Assembly: GCA_964462525.1 (NCBI GenBank)
Contig: CAYWWY010000007.1
Span: 19,963 to 83,962 of the forward strand
From: an uncultured Thermotogaceae bacterium
GTDB lineage: Bacteria > Thermotogota > Thermotogae > MWEM01
Reading direction: 5' to 3'
DNA: 64,000 bases
The notes beneath the pieces were generated by a model. The model saw only the letters and a program-made list of their open reading frames with translations, had not been told where the DNA came from and did not search any database. Both the position numbers and the translations under genes were made by a program. Below are positions 1 to 8,799 of this stretch, in pieces. The stretch's first letter is position 1, and every line of letters begins with the position of its first letter.

Positions 1-1
1 G

Positions 2-412
2 ACGATCGGTTTGTTCGTGGTTGGATCCATATTTATGGGGGGGCCTTTGGTAGAACACAACTTAGCAGGCACCGTTGTGCTGATGGCTTGCTTTATTCTG
101 TTAACACTGAGTTTGGGCGTGATCATCGCTCGAGTCTGCAAAACTCCCAGCATGTTGGGTGTGTGGGCCAACCTGATCATTCTCCCCACGGGGATGATCA
201 GCGGGATTTTCGTTCCCCAAGAATATCTACCGGATTTCTTGAACAATATCTCTTTTCTCGCTCCCCAACACTGGGTCATGACCGGACTCCAGAAAATGAA
301 CGCCGGAGAACCCTTTGTATCGATCCTGCCCAACGTGTTGGTTTTGCTGCTTTTTTCCGCTTGCTTGTTCAGTTTTGGGATCTTCCGGTTCGACCGTTTG
401 GTCAAGGCATAA
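2..412 (+). CDS. ABC-2 type transporter permease (5' truncated by window edge)
   Basis: Hydrophobic helices with the typical ABC-2 C-terminal pattern SGIFVP..LP.FL..IS...PQHW. Confidence 0.85.
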   Translation, partial: TIGLFVVGSIFMGGPLVEHNLAGTVVLMACFILLTLSLGVIIARVCKTPSMLGVWANLIILPTGMISGIFVPQEYLPDFLNNISFLAPQHWVMTGLQKMNAGEPFVSILPNVLVLLLFSACLFSFGIFRFDRLVKA

Positions 413-427
413 CCGAAACAACAACTG

Positions 428-466
428 CCCATCGTTTCCCGCGAACGGAGAAACGATGGGTTTTTT
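428..466 (+). terminator. Rho-independent terminator
   Basis: CCCATCGTTTC...GAAACGATGGG stem followed by TTTTTT, between convergent genes. Confidence 0.8.
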
Positions 467-469
467 CCA

Positions 470-709
470 TTATGACACTCGTTCCACAACAATCGTGCAT
501 TTTGTTGCTAAAGCAGCAATCGCTCCGATCGCTGCCCAGACTGGTAGAAGAATCGCGCCCACTACCCCCAAAGTAAGCGGGATTTCGATTAAGGTTTGCC
601 CTTCTTCATTTTTGATTGTCAGTCTCCGAATATTCCCTTCATGAACCAATTCCTTAATTTTGGTGATGATCTGGTCTGCTTCAACACGAAACTCTTCCTG
701 TTTACCCAT
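470..709 (-). CDS. DUF4342 domain-containing protein
   Basis: KIKELVHEGNIRRL..K...LIEIPLTLGV...P.WAAIGAIAAL...CTIVVER pattern; AGGAG RBS. Confidence 0.85.
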   Translation of the reverse strand: MGKQEEFRVEADQIITKIKELVHEGNIRRLTIKNEEGQTLIEIPLTLGVVGAILLPVWAAIGAIAALATKCTIVVERVS

Positions 710-1070
710 CGCTTTGCTCAGCTCCTTTGATTACCTCCCGGACGGTTTCCTTGATTTCATCCAATCATACAGGATCAACTACCGATATATCGATCGGGAT
801 GATCGAGGATTTTCAGAAGAGTTATCGGGTTATTTCTCCTGAACTCGCAAATCATCCGTATTTCTCCCTAATTTGCGGATATTGTCTTATTTTCATTCAT
901 TTACGCCATTTTTGACTCCAGGTCTTTCTTTTTTTCATGAAGGCTGGTCATGGTTTACCAATGTGTTATACTATGAAACAGATTCTCCGATCAATGGTAT
1001 GGAAACCCAGGATGCCAATGTCAAAATGGTCAAAACATATAAAACACCCTTCGGGAAGGAGAATAAAACT

Positions 1071-4000
1071 ATGGATTCGCCTCAAAAAGCAAATGTTCGG
1101 AGATTGAAACGAATGCTTGGCGAAGTCGTTCCCTATCTTGTACATCGGCGAGAGGCAGCTCTTTCATGGCAATGGCGCTCTGAACAGGATCAGGAAAAAA
1201 AAGCGTTGGTTGTGGTCCAACCGGGTTTTGAATGGGATCGGAACCATTGGCCGGTATGGTTCTCACGCGAACTACTCCTTCCAAGCAGGAACCCGGATGA
1301 ACGGGTTTGGCTTCGAAGCTGGTTTGGAGGAGAAAGCTGCGTTTTTGTTGATGGACATGCTTTTGGGGAGATCAATATCCACCACAGGGAATTGGATCTC
1401 TCTCCTTTTTGCGATGGGAAAAACCACCGAGTTGATGTGGAAGTGGTTCCCTATGGGTTATTCGGAACCCCCGAAACTGAGATTCGGTTTACCGAAGCGG
1501 CTCTTCTATGGAAAAGGACAAACGTTGTTCGCGCGTTCAAGACCTTCCAAATTGCGATCGAGCTTTTGGAGAATACGGACAATGAAGAGCTGATGGATCG
1601 GCTGACGAATGATTTGGAGCGCGCTTTTCGAGATCTATCTATTCTGAGAGGGACGGATGCGTACTTCCAGACTGCGCTCCAAAACCCTTCTCTGGCCCCA
1701 GAAGTGACCAGTGTATGGAAGATGCCCGATTTTCCGAAGGATATCATACCCGAATGGGGGGAAGAAGCACGCGCCTCTTTGGTAAAGTCTGCGAGAAACC
1801 TTCGGACAGGACTCGATCGCCTCGCCCAGCGGTTTCCTTCTCAAGGCTCCCTTTGGACATTTGGCCATGCCCATATCGATTATGCGTGGCTGTGGCCAGT
1901 GGAAGAGACCCGACGCAAGATCGTACGAACCTTTGCAAATGCCCTCCAGCTTACCGAAAAATATCCGAAATTTATCTTCAGCCAATCTTCAGCGCAGATG
2001 TACGAGGACCTTGCACGCATGGACCCCGCGCTGTTTTCGGACATCCAAAAAAAGGTGGAGCAAGGTCAATGGGAACCCGTTGGGGGAATGTGGGTGGAAA
2101 GCGATTGCAATGTTCCTGCGGCTGAATCACTGATTCGGCAGTTTGTATACGGCCAGGCCTTTTTCGAAAAAGGCTTTGGAAAACGCTCTCGGGTGTGTTG
2201 GTTGCCCGATGTTTTCGGGTTTCCTTGGATTCTTCCTCAAATTCTCAAACAGGCAGGGATCGATCTCTTTGTCACTACGAAAATCAATTGGAATGATACC
2301 AACCGGTTTCCTCATGATCTTTGCCTTTGGCGAGGAATTGACGGCACTCAAGTCATCTATCATAGCTTTGAAAATCCCAGCCATGGATACAATGGTTTGA
2401 TGGATATCCATGGATTGACCCAAACATGGGACAACTATCATCAAAAAGCTCTCTTCCCGACATCACTGTACTCCTTTGGGTACGGGGATGGTGGTGGAGG
2501 ACCGACTGATGATATGGTGGAGTCCTTCCTCCAACTAGATCAGGCGCCACAGGTTCCAAACCTGTCGTTTCAGAGGATGGAAGACTATCTTCATGCCCTT
2601 GAAGAAGAACCAGATCTCCGGGAGAACCTTCCGGAGTGGGATGGGGAGTTGTATTTGGAGTTACATCGAGGCACGTTGACCTCTCAATCGCGAACGAAAC
2701 GATTGCACAAGGAGGCGGAATCATGGCTTTGCCTGTGGGAGCTATTTGCAGTCCACGATCAGAATCATCCGTATCCCCATGATCCGATCGATGCCTGTTG
2801 GAAAGACTTGCTGAAGAATGAATTTCACGATATTCTGCCCGGTTCTTCGATCAAAGAAGTCTATGACCAGGCGAATCAAGAGTTGAACAACATCATCGAA
2901 CAGGCAAAGAAAGGATCCAAAAAATTGTGGGTGGTTTCTCCAGGGGAAGAGAAGGGGAGTATCATCAATCCCTCTGCTTGGAACCAAAACGCCTTGTTTT
3001 TTTTGACAGGACAACCCCGTGAACTGACCAATGATCAGGGCGTTCCGATCCTCAAGCAGACGCTGGATAACGGGATGACGATTTATTGCGCAGATCCACC
3101 CCTTGAACCGTTCCAATCCCGTTGGTTTTGGGTTTCCAAACAGCCGGTCCATCTCCCTGATCAGGCGCCCATTCCGAATCAATTCATCTTAGAAAATGAT
3201 ACGTTGCGGGTTGAGGTTATGGAGGACGGTTCGGTACAGGTGGAACACCTTCCAACGGGGAGAAAGGCTTTTGCTCCCACAGGAAACCAACTCCATATCT
3301 ATCGAGACGTCCCAAGCTATTGGGACGCATGGGACGTTGACATGGCCCATGGCGCTTATGCGACCCGCTTGAAGGCTGATCGCATTGAATGGGTTCATAC
3401 CGGTCCGATTCGGTGGACCATTCGGGTGACCTATGGATGGGAACAGACACAGATCATTCAGGATTACCACCTGGATTGCGGATCCGGACGATTGGAGATC
3501 GAGACGCATATCAATTGGTGCCATAGGCGGACTTTGCTCAAAGCCCTCTTTCCAACAACCATTCTTTCGCGTACGGCTCGATATGACCTTTCGGCAGGGT
3601 ATATCGAAAGACCAACGCATCGGAACACTTCGTGGGAAGAGGCAAAGTTCACGGTTCCTGCTCATCGATGGGTCGACCTTTCTCAACGAGATTTCGGCGT
3701 ATCTATCTTGAATGATGGTCTGTACGGCCATCAGGCTCATCAATCGACCATCGGATTGACATTGATCAAGTCCGGGGTCTTCCCTGATTTTTTCGCCGAT
3801 GAAGGACTCCATCATTTTTCTTACGCCATCTATCCCCATCAAGGACAGGATTTGCTCCCGACAATCCAACAAGCCCACGCCTTCAACTCTCCATTTTTTC
3901 TCCATGAGGGTACTCCCGCCTTTCCTTTTGAGATCCGGACCATTTCAGATCCCAATCTGAAGGTATTGGCCATGAAGAAATCAATTGACGGAACGACAGT

Positions 4001-4184
4001 GGTCCGACTTGCCGAAATGACTGGGGGGAGCGGACAAGCGAGCATTGTTTTCTCCCAAGTCTTGTCTAAAGTGTCCAAAACAACGATTCTCGAAGATGAG
4101 ATCGAAATCCTGGAGCGACAAAACCGCGCTTTCACTGTTGATTATCGTCCCTTCGAGATTCTTACCCTAAAACTGTGGCAGTAG
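1071..4184 (+). CDS. Alpha-mannosidase, glycoside hydrolase family 38 (AMS1-like)
   Basis: GHAHIDYAWLW, WLPDVFG, GYGDGGGGP, ELYLELHRGT and HDILPGS motifs; start reassigned to ATG 1071 behind AAGGAG. Confidence 0.93.
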   Translation: MDSPQKANVRRLKRMLGEVVPYLVHRREAALSWQWRSEQDQEKKALVVVQPGFEWDRNHWPVWFSRELLLPSRNPDERVWLRSWFGGESCVFVDGHAFGEINIHHRELDLSPFCDGKNHRVDVEVVPYGLFGTPETEIRFTEAALLWKRTNVVRAFKTFQIAIELLENTDNEELMDRLTNDLERAFRDLSILRGTDAYFQTALQNPSLAPEVTSVWKMPDFPKDIIPEWGEEARASLVKSARNLRTGLDRLAQRFPSQGSLWTFGHAHIDYAWLWPVEETRRKIVRTFANALQLTEKYPKFIFSQSSAQMYEDLARMDPALFSDIQKKVEQGQWEPVGGMWVESDCNVPAAESLIRQFVYGQAFFEKGFGKRSRVCWLPDVFGFPWILPQILKQAGIDLFVTTKINWNDTNRFPHDLCLWRGIDGTQVIYHSFENPSHGYNGLMDIHGLTQTWDNYHQKALFPTSLYSFGYGDGGGGPTDDMVESFLQLDQAPQVPNLSFQRMEDYLHALEEEPDLRENLPEWDGELYLELHRGTLTSQSRTKRLHKEAESWLCLWELFAVHDQNHPYPHDPIDACWKDLLKNEFHDILPGSSIKEVYDQANQELNNIIEQAKKGSKKLWVVSPGEEKGSIINPSAWNQNALFFLTGQPRELTNDQGVPILKQTLDNGMTIYCADPPLEPFQSRWFWVSKQPVHLPDQAPIPNQFILENDTLRVEVMEDGSVQVEHLPTGRKAFAPTGNQLHIYRDVPSYWDAWDVDMAHGAYATRLKADRIEWVHTGPIRWTIRVTYGWEQTQIIQDYHLDCGSGRLEIETHINWCHRRTLLKALFPTTILSRTARYDLSAGYIERPTHRNTSWEEAKFTVPAHRWVDLSQRDFGVSILNDGLYGHQAHQSTIGLTLIKSGVFPDFFADEGLHHFSYAIYPHQGQDLLPTIQQAHAFNSPFFLHEGTPAFPFEIRTISDPNLKVLAMKKSIDGTTVVRLAEMTGGSGQASIVFSQVLSKVSKTTILEDEIEILERQNRAFTVDYRPFEILTLKLWQ

Positions 4185-4221
4185 GTAAAAAAAAACTTTC
4201 AAAATAAAGCGGGGTGAAGAG

Positions 4222-4887
4222 ATGAACAAAACGGCATTAATCATTTATGGCGGTTGGGAAGGACACCAACCCCGAGAAATCTCGGAACAATTCAAAGGGT
4301 TTTTAGAAGAACTCGGATTTGATTGCGAGATGCATCCGGACCTAACCGTATTGGAGGACGAAGGTCGGATGATGAACCTCAATTTGCTCGTCCCTATGTG
4401 GACGATGGGTGAACTGAGTGGGGTTGCAACCCGTTGTGTTCTCGAAGCTGTCGAGAAAGGAATGGGGCTTGCCGGTTGTCATGGGGGCATGGGCGATGCC
4501 TTTCGGGCAAACACGGATTGGCAGTTCTTGACTGGCGGCCAATTTGTCAGTCATCCCGGGAATGACGGAACCGACTATCGAGTGAATATCAAACGCGGAT
4601 CGAGTCCGATCCTCGAAGGAATCCATGATTTTTCCATCAAAAGCGAACAATATTACATGCATATTGACCCGGCCATTGAGGTGCTTGCTACCACACGTTT
4701 CATGGCAGATCCTTCCTTTGGGCCTCATACAACCAACGGAGAAGTGGATGTGCCCGTCGTATGGACCAAACGGTGGGGCAGAGGAAGGGTTTTTTACAAT
4801 TCATTGGGCCATAATACAAAAGTATTTGACCAATATGAACCTGCGGAGATAATGAAAAGAGGATTCCGCTGGGCAGCAAAGAGGTAA
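4222..4887 (+). CDS. ThuA-like domain protein (class I glutamine amidotransferase-like fold)
   Basis: GGWEGHQP, GGQFVSHPG, SEQYYMH, GRVFYNSLGH motifs. Confidence 0.88.
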   Translation: MNKTALIIYGGWEGHQPREISEQFKGFLEELGFDCEMHPDLTVLEDEGRMMNLNLLVPMWTMGELSGVATRCVLEAVEKGMGLAGCHGGMGDAFRANTDWQFLTGGQFVSHPGNDGTDYRVNIKRGSSPILEGIHDFSIKSEQYYMHIDPAIEVLATTRFMADPSFGPHTTNGEVDVPVVWTKRWGRGRVFYNSLGHNTKVFDQYEPAEIMKRGFRWAAKR

Positions 4888-4900
4888 AGGAGGACGGAAG

Positions 4901-5956
4901 ATGAAGATTGGTGTTGTAGGCTGTGGCAATATCAGTGATATCTATCTAAAGAACTTGACTCAGGTCTTTTCAAACACCCAGGTGGTTGGGGTATGTGATC
5001 AAGTCGAAGAAAAAGCCCATCAAAAAGCGAGAAAGTACGATATCCCTCAAGTGATGACCCTCGACCAAATGCTCAGCAATCCTAAGATCGATGTCGTACT
5101 GAATATTACCGTTCCCAAAGCCCATTATGAAATCAACAGACTGGCATTGGAAGCAGGAAAGCACATCTATTGCGAAAAGCCACTTTGTATAACCAACGCA
5201 GAAGCAAAAGAGATCATGGATCTGGCTGCTGAAAAGAAGCTTCAAGTGGGGTGCGCTCCGGATACGATTCTGGGAGCCGGGATCCAAACCTGCAAAGAAT
5301 TGATCGAAAGAGGAGAGATCGGTCCGATTATTGGCGCAACAGGGTTTATGACCTGCCCGGGGCACGAGTGGTGGCATCCCGACCCGGACTTCTACTACCG
5401 AAAAGGGGGAGGGCCGCTTTTGGACATGGGACCGTACTATCTAACCGCCTTGGTCTATCTGATCGGAGGCATTTCGCGGGTACAGGGAATGGGTTCCATT
5501 CCTCAAGCACAGCGCGTTATCCACTCTGAACCAAAAAAAGGGCAGATGATCGATGTGGAAACCCCCACGCACATCACTGCGTTGATGGCTTTCGACCAAG
5601 GCTGCATCGGAACCATGATTATGAGCTTTGATACTTGGTACACGCATTTGCCATTCATTGAGCTCTATGGATCCAAAGGCAGCATCTGTGTTCCTGACCC
5701 CAATTCCTTTGGAGGCCCTGTATGGATCCGGAAAGCCCATGAGAAAAAATGGACTGAAGTGCCCATCAGTAAACCATACAATACCAATTCACGCGGTCTG
5801 GGTCTTTCGGAGATGATCGATTCAATCCAGAAAGGGATGTTACCCATCTCCAGCGGTGAGATGGCCACTCATGTACTGGAAGTGATGAACGGAATTTTGA
5901 CGTGCGTGGAAAAAAAGAACGACCACGAAATCCGCACAGCGATGCCCAAAGCATAA
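4901..5956 (+). CDS. Gfo/Idh/MocA family oxidoreductase
   Basis: Rossmann GVVGCGNIS, AGKHIYCEKP, GGGPLLDMGPYY. Confidence 0.92.
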   Translation: MKIGVVGCGNISDIYLKNLTQVFSNTQVVGVCDQVEEKAHQKARKYDIPQVMTLDQMLSNPKIDVVLNITVPKAHYEINRLALEAGKHIYCEKPLCITNAEAKEIMDLAAEKKLQVGCAPDTILGAGIQTCKELIERGEIGPIIGATGFMTCPGHEWWHPDPDFYYRKGGGPLLDMGPYYLTALVYLIGGISRVQGMGSIPQAQRVIHSEPKKGQMIDVETPTHITALMAFDQGCIGTMIMSFDTWYTHLPFIELYGSKGSICVPDPNSFGGPVWIRKAHEKKWTEVPISKPYNTNSRGLGLSEMIDSIQKGMLPISSGEMATHVLEVMNGILTCVEKKNDHEIRTAMPKA

Positions 5957-6467
5957 TACTATTCCCTACCGGTATCTTCAATCCAAAAAAGGGACCGCTG
6001 TAACAGCGAAAAGCATTTGCTTATGGATCAATCGACACGATTGTCCTTTGGATCGATTGGATGATTTGGTAAGTAGGCCGTACATAAGAAAAATATCTTG
6101 ATCGGAATGTATATGGCTATATAGGCAGGTAGGTTGTAGGTGGTGCGAATTGATGAACCCCGGTAGGGCATGAGATGATTTTTTAAGAAAGGGTTTTTCT
6201 TGACAACCGAACATATCATTATTTTACCATTATTTTACGTTTTTCTGATATAATTGAGTATATGCATAGGTTGAAACATAGTTCGCTCCCTTTGAGACAT
6301 TGAGATTTCTTTCGAACACAAAGGAGCCTCTTCAATAATGAGCAGTTGATTATGGAGGTTTTAACAAAGCCCGGCCCGGAATGCGTTTTGAAAGGAGGTG
6401 AAGGGACCCGAGGGTTGAGTGAAGACATCCTTACGAAAATCAAATGTACTTGAAAGGGGAGACAAAA

Positions 6468-7919
6468 ATGAGAAAGAGATACTTACAGATTGTTTTTTTG
6501 GTATCCGTCGTGTTTTTCATTCCGTTAATCGGAACCAATTGCCATGAAGCAGATTTACCAAAGTGGGGACAACTATGTAATTTAGGCGCTTTTATGAATA
6601 TGTTAGGAAGGGATCATTTAGAACCTGCTGAATTCGATTTTCTTGTCGAGTTTTTGGGGCTTCAAGAAGCATTTGGAAAGAGAGACGAAGGTGAGGAAGT
6701 TGAATTTGAACAGCAGCCTGAATCAAGACAAAGGATTGTCGCAGAAAAAACGGATAAAACCCAGGTTTCTTATTTGGTTACAGAAAGAAGTGGTACTCCT
6801 CCGGACTACTCATATGATCTGACGAGATATCAAAAGAACCAGCAGGGGGTGTTATCTAAGGTTAGTACTCTTGAGCAAGGGGCTACTTCTGTACCAGAAT
6901 CGAATAGAGGATATGATCCAACTGTTTCTATGGGTCAAGATTGGTTGTCATATCTCAGTTTTTTCTTTCCCAGTTCCTACATCGTGAATTATTCTAATCC
7001 TTCTCTCAATTATTCCGTTCATAAAACAAACCCCGATGGATCCGTTAAAATGCAACAACCGCAATTCCAAAAAACAAGCTACAATGCAGAATATCTTCAA
7101 CACAGTTCTCCAAGAGATGAAACACCTGAATGGTATGGAATCGTTGAGTATGGAATTTCAAGCAGAGAAGCCAAATTTGGGTATATTGATATGAGAGACC
7201 TTGAATCGTATGCAGATCCTCGTCCTGGATATGATGGAGTTCTTGTGCCTGTGTTTTTCACAACAAGTACCCTTGCCGAATGGAAAGAATCGCCTTCGTT
7301 GCTTGCCCGGATCGTCTATGATGACCTCAATCTTCGGTTCCGAATCTATGACCTTTCGCCTCGGGTTACCACAGAAAATCCTGAAATCGCGTTTTTGGGA
7401 ACGGCAAATGGAATCGGGCCGAATGTTTTGTGGTATCAGCGGGATGGCGTCGAAGAAGCCGAACAGATTCTGATTCCCGAGGGTGTGGTGGAGTGTTATT
7501 ATCCAAAATTCGACCGTGAAGGAAAGCGACTGGCATTTATCGGTAGGAATTCTGGAAACCAGTTTGCCATTTTCCTGGTTGACAATGTGCGCGAGTCTCT
7601 TCAAGCGCATCGGATTGGTGATTGGTATGATGGGTTAGGCAGAACGGATTATCCTACATGGCCTGCACTGCAAGAATTGCTTTGGCCTGTGGAAAATCGT
7701 TCGGTGGTTTTTGTCCAATATTCTACTCCTACTGATTTTGGCACCGAAGGAAAAACTGACCAAGATTATAAAGATGCATGGGCGTATGATGTCCAGTTGA
7801 TCGAAATCTTTATCAATGCAAACGGTTCAGTATCCGGGATCTATGAGCTTTTTGACAAAGACCCCCCGTCTTTGGTGGATATTTGGAATTTCCCTGTTTC
7901 ATTAACAACAAGATATTGA
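6468..7919 (+). CDS. Exported hypothetical protein, possible TolB/PD40-like propeller segment near the C-terminus
   Basis: 483-aa ORF with AAAGGGGAG RBS, basic+hydrophobic N-terminus, YPKFDREGKRLAF motif. Confidence 0.6.
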   Translation: MRKRYLQIVFLVSVVFFIPLIGTNCHEADLPKWGQLCNLGAFMNMLGRDHLEPAEFDFLVEFLGLQEAFGKRDEGEEVEFEQQPESRQRIVAEKTDKTQVSYLVTERSGTPPDYSYDLTRYQKNQQGVLSKVSTLEQGATSVPESNRGYDPTVSMGQDWLSYLSFFFPSSYIVNYSNPSLNYSVHKTNPDGSVKMQQPQFQKTSYNAEYLQHSSPRDETPEWYGIVEYGISSREAKFGYIDMRDLESYADPRPGYDGVLVPVFFTTSTLAEWKESPSLLARIVYDDLNLRFRIYDLSPRVTTENPEIAFLGTANGIGPNVLWYQRDGVEEAEQILIPEGVVECYYPKFDREGKRLAFIGRNSGNQFAIFLVDNVRESLQAHRIGDWYDGLGRTDYPTWPALQELLWPVENRSVVFVQYSTPTDFGTEGKTDQDYKDAWAYDVQLIEIFINANGSVSGIYELFDKDPPSLVDIWNFPVSLTTRY

Positions 7920-7977
7920 GAAAGATTCTTAGCGCTCCAGGTGGATTCTAGAAGATCCCAGGACTGGGCGGCTTTGT

Positions 7978-8613
7978 TTATGTAGTCCCCAATTGTCTGA
8001 CCAATCCCACGGCGTCTGACGCATCCATGGCGTAGCCATCAGCGCCGATTTCGTCAGCATATTCTTTGGTTAAGGGTGCCCCGCCTACCAAGACCTTGAC
8101 CTGATCCCGGAGCCCTTGTTGCTGTAAAGATTGGATCACAGTGGGTATGTTCATCATAGTACTGGTCAATAGCGCTGAAATAGCTACAAAGTCGGGTTTT
8201 TCCTTCTGAACGGCTTGGACAAATTGTTCCGCTGTAACGTCGACGCCTAAATCCACAACCGTATACCCGGCTCCTTTGAGCATCATGCACACCAAGTTTT
8301 TCCCTATATCATGGAGGTCTCCTTCTATCGTTCCTGCAACCACTTTCCCCATCCTTGGAACATTGCCTTGGACGAGAAGCGGTTCGACAAGATTCAGCGA
8401 GGCATTCATCGCCTTTGCTGCCACAAGGACTTCGGGAACAAAGTATTCTCCTTCTTTGAAGAGACGGCCTACCTCGTCCATGCCAGGAATTAGGGCTTGT
8501 TTCAGAATTAATTGCGCGTCTGCCCCTTCGTTTAGAAGCGCTTGCGTCATTTCCTCCGCCTTTTTTGGTTGTACATCGATAATGGCATTTTTCAGCTCTT
8601 CTAGATAATTCAT
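7978..8613 (-). CDS. Corrinoid (B12-binding) methyltransferase cognate protein, MtaC/MttC-like
   Basis: Cap domain GEYFVPE, B12 motif GDLHDIGKN (DxHxxG), SALLT, VGGAP. Confidence 0.92.
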   Translation of the reverse strand: MNYLEELKNAIIDVQPKKAEEMTQALLNEGADAQLILKQALIPGMDEVGRLFKEGEYFVPEVLVAAKAMNASLNLVEPLLVQGNVPRMGKVVAGTIEGDLHDIGKNLVCMMLKGAGYTVVDLGVDVTAEQFVQAVQKEKPDFVAISALLTSTMMNIPTVIQSLQQQGLRDQVKVLVGGAPLTKEYADEIGADGYAMDASDAVGLVRQLGTT

Positions 8614-8799
8614 TGTCCCCCTCACCTTCCAATCGTTGGTTTCGCTTCATTACTGACGTTGTGAGCTCTCTTCAAGTCTTTCCCTAGTAAGGCTATCCTC
8701 CGCATTAATGGAATTGTACCATAAATCCTGATGAAAGACCATCATTCGCGACCATTATTAGATCGGCAGAAGAAAGGACTCTGTTGGTGCGTTTGATTG

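Noticed and set aside
3189-3905. Long antisense and overlapping ORFs in the track (e.g. 3189-3905, 23046-23702, 30411-31049, 38222-38827)
   Set aside because: Shadows of well-supported genes on the other strand or frame
6070-6170. Several GTAGG words resembling REP ends
   Set aside because: No accompanying palindromes, no repeat copies and no RAYT transposase
6390-6453. AAAGGAGGTGA suggesting a small upstream ORF
   Set aside because: No start codon at a suitable spacing
8614-8799. Cobalamin riboswitch upstream of the corrinoid gene
   Set aside because: No B12 box or GGGAA/GCCACUG elements found
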